IMG/VR virus record: IMGVR_UViG_3300028559_000027
Origin: an uncultured virus (IMG/VR IMGVR_UViG_3300028559_000027)
Taxonomy: Duplodnaviria; Heunggongvirae; Uroviricota; Caudoviricetes
Strand: one strand, 5' to 3'
Length of the DNA: 64,000 nt
Shown: piece by piece, positions 58,470 to 64,000 of the stretch
How the letters are laid out: each line of letters begins with the position of its first letter
How positions within the stretch are numbered: position 1 is the stretch's first letter
Translations under genes and position numbers: made by a program
Notes under the pieces: model-generated
The model's database searches: none
The model's input: the letters and a program-made list of their open reading frames with translations, nothing else
What the model was told of the DNA's origin: nothing

Positions 58470-59570
58470 TCACTCACCAGCTTGCACAATGTACTTGCCG
58501 TATTTCTTATGAAACTCATCAAAGTTTTTCAATTGACTTGGCTCAATCGGCAACTTGTATGTTTTCAATGCAATCTTCGCACCCATTACAACCAACTCAG
58601 TCTCAAAGTTTGCCATAATGTAGTTAAAGAAGTTATCAGCCATTTCGTGGAACTTCTTACTGTCCACTTTCTTATTCTCAAGTGCATCACGCAATTCATA
58701 GCACATTGAAATAGTCAATGAATACATTGCCGAGATTTCTTTAACTGCAAGGTCCTTCACTTTGCCTGACAAAATATCTGAGGGCTCGGGCATACGACCT
58801 GCAACTTTGCGGTGTGCCGCAAACTTAACAGCAAGACCTTCACCAACAGCTCCACTAATCAAATTGAACAATGTATCGGCATCAGTGTCATCCTCATCAT
58901 TCAACAAGTCACTAACGAAACACCAGCTACGTGGAGTAGCGAATGCACGGCTTGATGATTTACTATCAAACTCATACAGGTCCTGTTTAGCGAATGATAG
59001 ATAACCTACAACGTCTTTGTGAATAGCTTTATTCACAGCCCAAGTCTGCCAAGCAGTAAAATCGGCTCGCATTTCTAAGTGTAAGAAACGATTAGCAAGG
59101 GGCATCGGCATACGATATGTAACACCTTTGTCAGAGTCACGATTACCTGCCGCAACAATAACAACGTTATCGGGCAAGACATACTTACCTACACGACGGT
59201 TAAGAATCAACTGATAGCCTGCAGCCTGTACTGCGGGACTTGCTGAATTCATTTCATCTAAGAATAGAACAACAATCGGGTATTGACTTGCTAATTCATC
59301 ATCGGGCAAATCAACTGGTGCCGCCCAATCCATCTTATTGATATCACGATTGAAGTATGGAATACCACGAATATCTGTAGGCTCCATTTGTGCCATACGC
59401 AAGTCAATCATATGACCGCCTAGTTCTGCCGTAACTTCTGCTACAACTTCACTCTTGCCAATACCGGGCGGACCCCATAAGAATAAGGGACGTTTTGCCT
59501 TGAAAGCTTTAAGAATAGCTTTGCGGGCTTGAACTGACGTAATCGTCAGATTATCTGATACTGATGCCAT
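58470..59570 (-). CDS. MoxR-like AAA+ ATPase
   Basis: GPPGIGKS, LFLDEMN, AAGN, LANRF, TPRSW. Confidence 0.9.
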   Translation of the reverse strand: MASVSDNLTITSVQARKAILKAFKAKRPLFLWGPPGIGKSEVVAEVTAELGGHMIDLRMAQMEPTDIRGIPYFNRDINKMDWAAPVDLPDDELASQYPIVVLFLDEMNSASPAVQAAGYQLILNRRVGKYVLPDNVVIVAAGNRDSDKGVTYRMPMPLANRFLHLEMRADFTAWQTWAVNKAIHKDVVGYLSFAKQDLYEFDSKSSSRAFATPRSWCFVSDLLNDEDDTDADTLFNLISGAVGEGLAVKFAAHRKVAGRMPEPSDILSGKVKDLAVKEISAMYSLTISMCYELRDALENKKVDSKKFHEMADNFFNYIMANFETELVVMGAKIALKTYKLPIEPSQLKNFDEFHKKYGKYIVQAGE

Positions 59571-59601
59571 TAGATGCTCCTGTTGAAAATTTGATATATG
59601 A

Positions 59602-59731
59602 AGTATAGTCTAAAACTGATTTATTGTCAAATTTTGAGTTGTTGTTTATTTACAACATCTGCCCACTTGATTAACTAGTCAGTTTCTAGCTTCAATACAA
59701 GTATTGTATCACCGATTCGATTTATTGTCAA
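59602..59731 (-). promoter_or_regulatory. Tandem early promoters with an intervening palindrome
   Basis: TTGACA-17-TATACT (59630-59602) and TTGACA-17-TACAAT (59731-59703); GTTGT-N6-ACAAC at 59641-59656. Confidence 0.8.
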
Positions 59732-59732
59732 A

Positions 59733-60029
59733 TTACGGCAGTTTTGTGTATGCTCTACTCAGCATAGTTTGCAATAGAGTACTGGCCCTACTTACGTTAA
59801 AGTTTTCTTGACGATAGTGCCATTTTTTCTTACGTTCTGCAATTTCTAGTAGGTCCATTAGTTGATATTTGTCTTTTAAATCACTTGTGCCCATAAGCAT
59901 TTTCTGCATATCTACAATATCTAAACTGTACTCTACCCATTTCATCGTGCTATCAATCTTTTTCTTAGGGATCATTAGTGGCCCATCGATTGATTTTGTG
60001 TACTTCAATACATAATTTGCTATCTTCAT
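59733..60029 (-). CDS. Hypothetical early protein
   Basis: AAGGA SD; own promoter. Confidence 0.65.
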   Translation of the reverse strand: MKIANYVLKYTKSIDGPLMIPKKKIDSTMKWVEYSLDIVDMQKMLMGTSDLKDKYQLMDLLEIAERKKKWHYRQENFNVSRASTLLQTMLSRAYTKLP

Positions 60030-60056
60030 AATAGGTCCTTAGTTAAGTGAAAGACT

Positions 60057-60085
60057 ATTATAGACCCAAAATGATTTATTGTCAA
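60057..60085 (-). promoter_or_regulatory. Early sigma70-type promoter
   Basis: TTGACAATAAAT...TATAAT. Confidence 0.85.
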
Positions 60086-60687
60086 CTTTTAGGCAATGTG
60101 AAATACCAAATTGAGGTTGAAGGAATAATTGTAACCTTTTGTTTAAGCAAATCTTCCATATATTCTACATTTAAATTTACATCAGGGAAACCTTTATTAT
60201 GGTGATCACCTTCATACCAATCATGACCCAAAAACATACCGCCTGGCTTAATTTTAGGTAACCAAAAATCAATGTTGTCTCTATCATTTGGATTTTTATG
60301 TGATGCATCTAAAAATATAAAATCTATGGGTCTTGTCCAATCCTTTACTACTTCGGGACTAGAACCTTGTATGGCAACAATATTTTTTCGATTCTCTGTA
60401 TTTTTTAAGAAAGTCTCTTTTGTGTTATAACTTCCTTTAGATGGCAAATTATTTTTGGCAATTACCTCATCACTAAATTGAGGATCATACGAATCTCTAC
60501 CATTCCAAAGATCAATACAATATAATGTGCCCTTATTGATTGCTATAGATATTGCATAACTACTTTTACCATGCAGGCACCCTACTTCTACACCAACACA
60601 GTCTGGTTGATTGTATTTCCATAATAATTTAATTGTTTCTGTTTGATGTGAGCCAGAAAACCAACCCAAGATATTGTTCATTTTCAT
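60082..60687 (-). CDS. Class I SAM methyltransferase (Methyltransf_24-like)
   Basis: VEVGC.HG.S, IDFIFLDASH, KPGG...GHD. Confidence 0.85.
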   Translation of the reverse strand: MKMNNILGWFSGSHQTETIKLLWKYNQPDCVGVEVGCLHGKSSYAISIAINKGTLYCIDLWNGRDSYDPQFSDEVIAKNNLPSKGSYNTKETFLKNTENRKNIVAIQGSSPEVVKDWTRPIDFIFLDASHKNPNDRDNIDFWLPKIKPGGMFLGHDWYEGDHHNKGFPDVNLNVEYMEDLLKQKVTIIPSTSIWYFTLPKS

Positions 60688-60938
60688 TTCATTAAATTCG
60701 CCATTAGTACTAGTTTTTCTAAGTGATTGATTGCTGTATTGATTTCTTTTACTTTATCATCAAGCATAGAGTATTTGCCTGTTCTACGTAGATTGACTTC
60801 TAGTTTGCTTAATTCACTTACCATTTTGTCAATGTTTTTGTGCATACGATGTAAGTCTGGATTGTAGCCAATGCCATTCATTTGACTACTTAAGTCAATG
60901 CTAACTTGATTCCAATCAATTGCATGTTGAATTTTCAT
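60684..60938 (-). CDS. Hypothetical protein
   Basis: TTGACA-17-TACATT ends 6 nt before the ATG. Confidence 0.6.
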   Translation of the reverse strand: MKIQHAIDWNQVSIDLSSQMNGIGYNPDLHRMHKNIDKMVSELSKLEVNLRRTGKYSMLDDKVKEINTAINHLEKLVLMANLMK

Positions 60939-60974
60939 ATCGTTAATGTAACACAGTATGCTATTTATGTCAAT

Positions 60975-60997
60975 AAAAAAGGCTCCTAAGAGCCTTT
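60975..60997 (-). terminator. Intrinsic terminator
   Basis: AAAGGCTC/GAGCCTTT stem with a U-run. Confidence 0.65.
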
Positions 60998-61019
60998 CTA
61001 GAGTTTCTGTTACGAGGTC

Positions 61020-61421
61020 TTATCTAGCAAAGTCATTAATTTCAGATGGTTTGAGTTTTGCAAATGACGCTAATATTCTGGCTGCTTGTGTAGGATCTAC
61101 TCCCGCACAAGTTAATGCATTTTTTAAGTCAATTGTCGTTGTAGCCCAAGCAAGAGTAACGGATTTATTATATGCCCTCACATCCGTATTATATTGTTTT
61201 ACAGAATAGTCTTTACTAAACGTAGGTTTCTTTGGTTTTTTTCTAATACCACTTGTTGACGCTGTATATGAACTGAACAATGCCATATTAAGTTTATATA
61301 CACTTTCTACATCAGGTAATGTTGTTCGTAGCCAAGTATTAAAATAATTGGGAATAATAACTAAATCTGCTATAAAAGTGCCATAACAGTTGGCGAATTC
61401 TTGTGGGGTAGTTGGTCTCAT
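61020..61421 (-). CDS. Hypothetical protein
   Basis: Likely start MRPTTP at 61421, 5 nt after GATAAATA. Confidence 0.5.
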   Translation of the reverse strand: MRPTTPQEFANCYGTFIADLVIIPNYFNTWLRTTLPDVESVYKLNMALFSSYTASTSGIRKKPKKPTFSKDYSVKQYNTDVRAYNKSVTLAWATTTIDLKNALTCAGVDPTQAARILASFAKLKPSEINDFAR

Positions 61422-61517
61422 AGTATTATTTATCTTTAACCAATAAAGAAAGTAATAAAATAGGCTACTAATGCGTGATTTTTTCACGCATTGATAAATA
61501 ATAGAAAGGAGAAGTAT

Positions 61518-62006
61518 ATGGGTTTTATTTATATTTGGAGAGACAAAATACGCAAAATGTATTACGTGGGTTCGCACGACGGGTCTCCTAATGACGGATA
61601 CATTTCATCCTCACATTGGTTAACAAGTGAAGTTAGATATAGACCACACGATTTTAAAAGACGCATTATAAAAATGATTGAAGTAACTGATATGAAAACT
61701 GAAGAATATCGCCTATTGAATATGATTAAAGAAGATGAGTTTGGTAAAAAATATTATAACTTAAAGCACGGCAAACCACGTGGCTCAGCACCGTGGAACA
61801 AAGGTAAAGTTAATATATACTCTGATGCAACTCTATCTAAAATGTCAGCCGCAAGAGTAGGAAAACCAACAACTAAAGGTAAGGCAAATCCACAGGCTAT
61901 TATTAATGGCAAAAAAGGAGCAAGTAAGTTATCATCTACTGTTACTGGTAGGAGAAAGAAAGTATTACCTGACGGATCATGGACTTGGGAATATCCAAAC
62001 AAATAG
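61518..62006 (+). mobile_element. Free-standing GIY-YIG (Seg-like) homing endonuclease
   Basis: GFIY..., YYVGSH, DGYISS, YYNL, PWNKG; AAGGAG SD; late motif at 61493. Confidence 0.75.
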
Positions 62007-62023
62007 GAGCCGAAGCTCCTATT
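62002..62023. terminator. Bidirectional terminator with UUCG loop
   Basis: AATAGGAGC-TTCG-GCTCCTATT between the HEG and the tmRNA. Confidence 0.75.
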
Positions 62024-62300
62024 GTGGTTTTTTATTTAATACAGTAAGTCCTACTGCACCTTAACCTCACGCGGCTAAAGAATAAACGCTATCGTTTGCA
62101 TTTATGGTTTTTGCTTCTTCGACCGGGTCACCCCAATCCTAACGGCTTCTGCTTTGCCGAGCTGTCCACTCTGTTACTCTTTGCCCAATCGATCCTGTGT
62201 CATCCCCACCTAAATACACAACATACACTTAGGTGGAGATGGCCGGCACTGCCCCGGCGTCTTGAACTTATTTTACATCGTTTCATACAGCAATAACTTC
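62024..62300 (-). ncRNA. ssrA: Circularly permuted (two-piece) tmRNA
   Basis: T-arm and acceptor 3' strand (62261-62232) precede the 5' strand GGGGATG (from 62207); G3-U70 pair; tag ANDSVYSLAA* at 62099-62067. Outer ends are approximate. Confidence 0.92.
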
Positions 62301-63999
62301 AATTGTATTTAGTATTAAAATACTCTTGTAACCAAGGCCAATCATAACTTAAACGTAATTTGTCTAACTCACCGTTGACTGATTCATAGTATTCTACAGC
62401 ATGTTGAGCACCTTCGCAACTATATTGGGCAAAGTCTCCTTCACCGATATTTAACCATGCTTCAAGTCTATCTTTACTTGCTTGGCTATCATCGGCTCTT
62501 AACTTCAATGCTTCTCTAAAACTAGTACGCCATGTACTCCAAGCATCAGTATTATATATTGCTACACCACTATTTAACTCTACAACTTCGTGTTCATTGT
62601 CAAGTGTGAAGTCAAGCCCCGTTCCACTGTTAGCAAGTGTAATCTTCTTATTATAAGCAATCATAGCTTGGTGACCATACTCTAATCCATTAACAGGGTT
62701 TGTAGCGTGAAAGATATAATGCTTAGGTACTTGTAGCCTATCAGGTTGCCATGAGAAATCAAATTTATTGTTGACTTTTAATTTAGCAAATACAGTAAAC
62801 ATCCACGGTGTTTCACTTGCTTTCGCTGCCGCATGATACGCCTGTACACGACCGTTAACACCATCAACTCTAACAACTCTATTATTTAATCCCTTAGTCA
62901 CTTTTAGTAAGTGTTCGTAGTTCTCGTCAGCACCGGTTTCACCGTTACTTAGGAAGACTATATCCAGCGGTTGAGATTTAGCTAGAGACTTACTACGACT
63001 GATGTATGGATAATCATACAACTCATTCTCTATATAATCTTTTGCTTCTTTAGGAACAATTATTCGTGTTGCACCTGTACTCGTAATCAGTATGTTCTTA
63101 GTGTCCGGTGTCCACAAACTAATAGGTTCACTATCAAGTACATCTAATCCTTTGTTATCTTCCGTGACAAACGTAGCATAAGGCCAATCAAAATCAGTAT
63201 GAATATTAGTGACATGTGTATCTTCTTTCGTAATAATAATAGGGGCGGGTAAGCGTTTTACTCTTTGATGTTGATTGTAGTTGACCTTTTCATAGTCTTC
63301 CATCATAATCATGTCATCAATCAATGACTTAAATTTGTTTACATCAATTAAAAATGTGTCTCCAAATTTCTGTTTATCGCTAGGAAACACATGTAATTGC
63401 TCCCTAGCATATGGATCGCATATATAACTAAAATCAAAATTTTCATAGTCACATATACTTGAACATATCCAAAGATAGTGTTCTTTTCTAGTGTCTAATT
63501 TCTTTAATATCTCTTTGAATGTTTTTAGGTAGCTATGCTTATAGTCAACCGTAATTGTAGATTTATTACCAATCTTAGATTTGATAACTTCATTTACATT
63601 TGACTTGTTTCCATGATTAATTAATATCACATCATACAATGAGCCTTCTGCTTTGGCTCTCTTATCTTTAACAAAATTAAGCATACTTAAATGTTCTATG
63701 ATTTTAACATATTTGGTATCTTCGTTAAATGTGTTCTTGTTTACAAGGTATGTATTACCCCAATGAGTCCACTGACTACCAAACACATGAATCATTCGTT
63801 TTTGCCACGGGTTAGGGTTATAGTCAAAGTTAAACTCAGTATAGTCTAATTCACTAGACAATACCCAAAATAGTTCAGTTGTGCTTTTTGACGTACAGCG
63901 TGAAATAGTTTCCACCCATGAATTTAAATATCTAGTTTTCTGAATAGATGGAAATTGTAATTTTAATTTTTCAAATCTATAACTGCTTTCACTGTTGCC
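62299..63999 (-). CDS. Multi-domain glycosyltransferase-like protein (5' end outside the window)
   Basis: Frame is open to the window edge; three degenerate GT-A-like repeats; DIVFLS.GE..A.ENY, VDGV.G...A. Confidence 0.55.
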   Translation of the reverse strand, partial: GNSESSYRFEKLKLQFPSIQKTRYLNSWVETISRCTSKSTTELFWVLSSELDYTEFNFDYNPNPWQKRMIHVFGSQWTHWGNTYLVNKNTFNEDTKYVKIIEHLSMLNFVKDKRAKAEGSLYDVILINHGNKSNVNEVIKSKIGNKSTITVDYKHSYLKTFKEILKKLDTRKEHYLWICSSICDYENFDFSYICDPYAREQLHVFPSDKQKFGDTFLIDVNKFKSLIDDMIMMEDYEKVNYNQHQRVKRLPAPIIITKEDTHVTNIHTDFDWPYATFVTEDNKGLDVLDSEPISLWTPDTKNILITSTGATRIIVPKEAKDYIENELYDYPYISRSKSLAKSQPLDIVFLSNGETGADENYEHLLKVTKGLNNRVVRVDGVNGRVQAYHAAAKASETPWMFTVFAKLKVNNKFDFSWQPDRLQVPKHYIFHATNPVNGLEYGHQAMIAYNKKITLANSGTGLDFTLDNEHEVVELNSGVAIYNTDAWSTWRTSFREALKLRADDSQASKDRLEAWLNIGEGDFAQYSCEGAQHAVEYYESVNGELDKLRLSYDWPWLQEYFNTKYN

Positions 64000-64000
64000 C

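Noticed and set aside
61422..61577. N-terminal extension of ORF 61020-61577
   Set aside because: It overlaps divergent promoters and the HEG start; ATG 61421 fits the late-promoter spacing better.
62096..62296. 66-aa plus-strand ORF
   Set aside because: Antisense to the tmRNA.
1..64000. CRISPR array, standard tRNAs, reverse transcriptase/DGR, stop-codon recoding
   Set aside because: No regularly spaced repeats, cloverleafs other than the tmRNA, or RT motifs were seen by eye. Conserved genes are intact in the standard code.

Overview
This is a 64-kb, AT-rich, gene-dense segment of a large T4-like (myovirus) phage genome read in the standard genetic code, mostly on the minus strand. Spanins indicate a Gram-negative host. 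Recognisable modules are neck and tail-completion proteins (gp13/14/15-like), tail fibres, large terminase, and a T4-type replication/recombination set (gp41 helicase, gp61 primase, UvsW, UvsX, UvsY, gp32). It also carries ThyA, SOD, IscA, a MoxR-vWA pair, two free-standing GIY-YIG endonucleases and many sugar-modifying enzymes. The most notable observations are: (1) a circularly permuted two-piece tmRNA with tag ANDSVYSLAA; (2) a 190-aa miniature DnaE that keeps all three catalytic Asp, coupled to a DEDDh exonuclease; (3) early and late promoters placed so that transcription should start at the ATG (leaderless mRNAs); (4) hairpins masking late-gene RBSs with the late promoter embedded in them; (5) a T4-CTS-like N-terminal peptide on an ART-like protein, the SOD and others; (6) a family of microproteins ending F-x-L-x-W. 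All family assignments come from motif recognition by eye, not from database searches.
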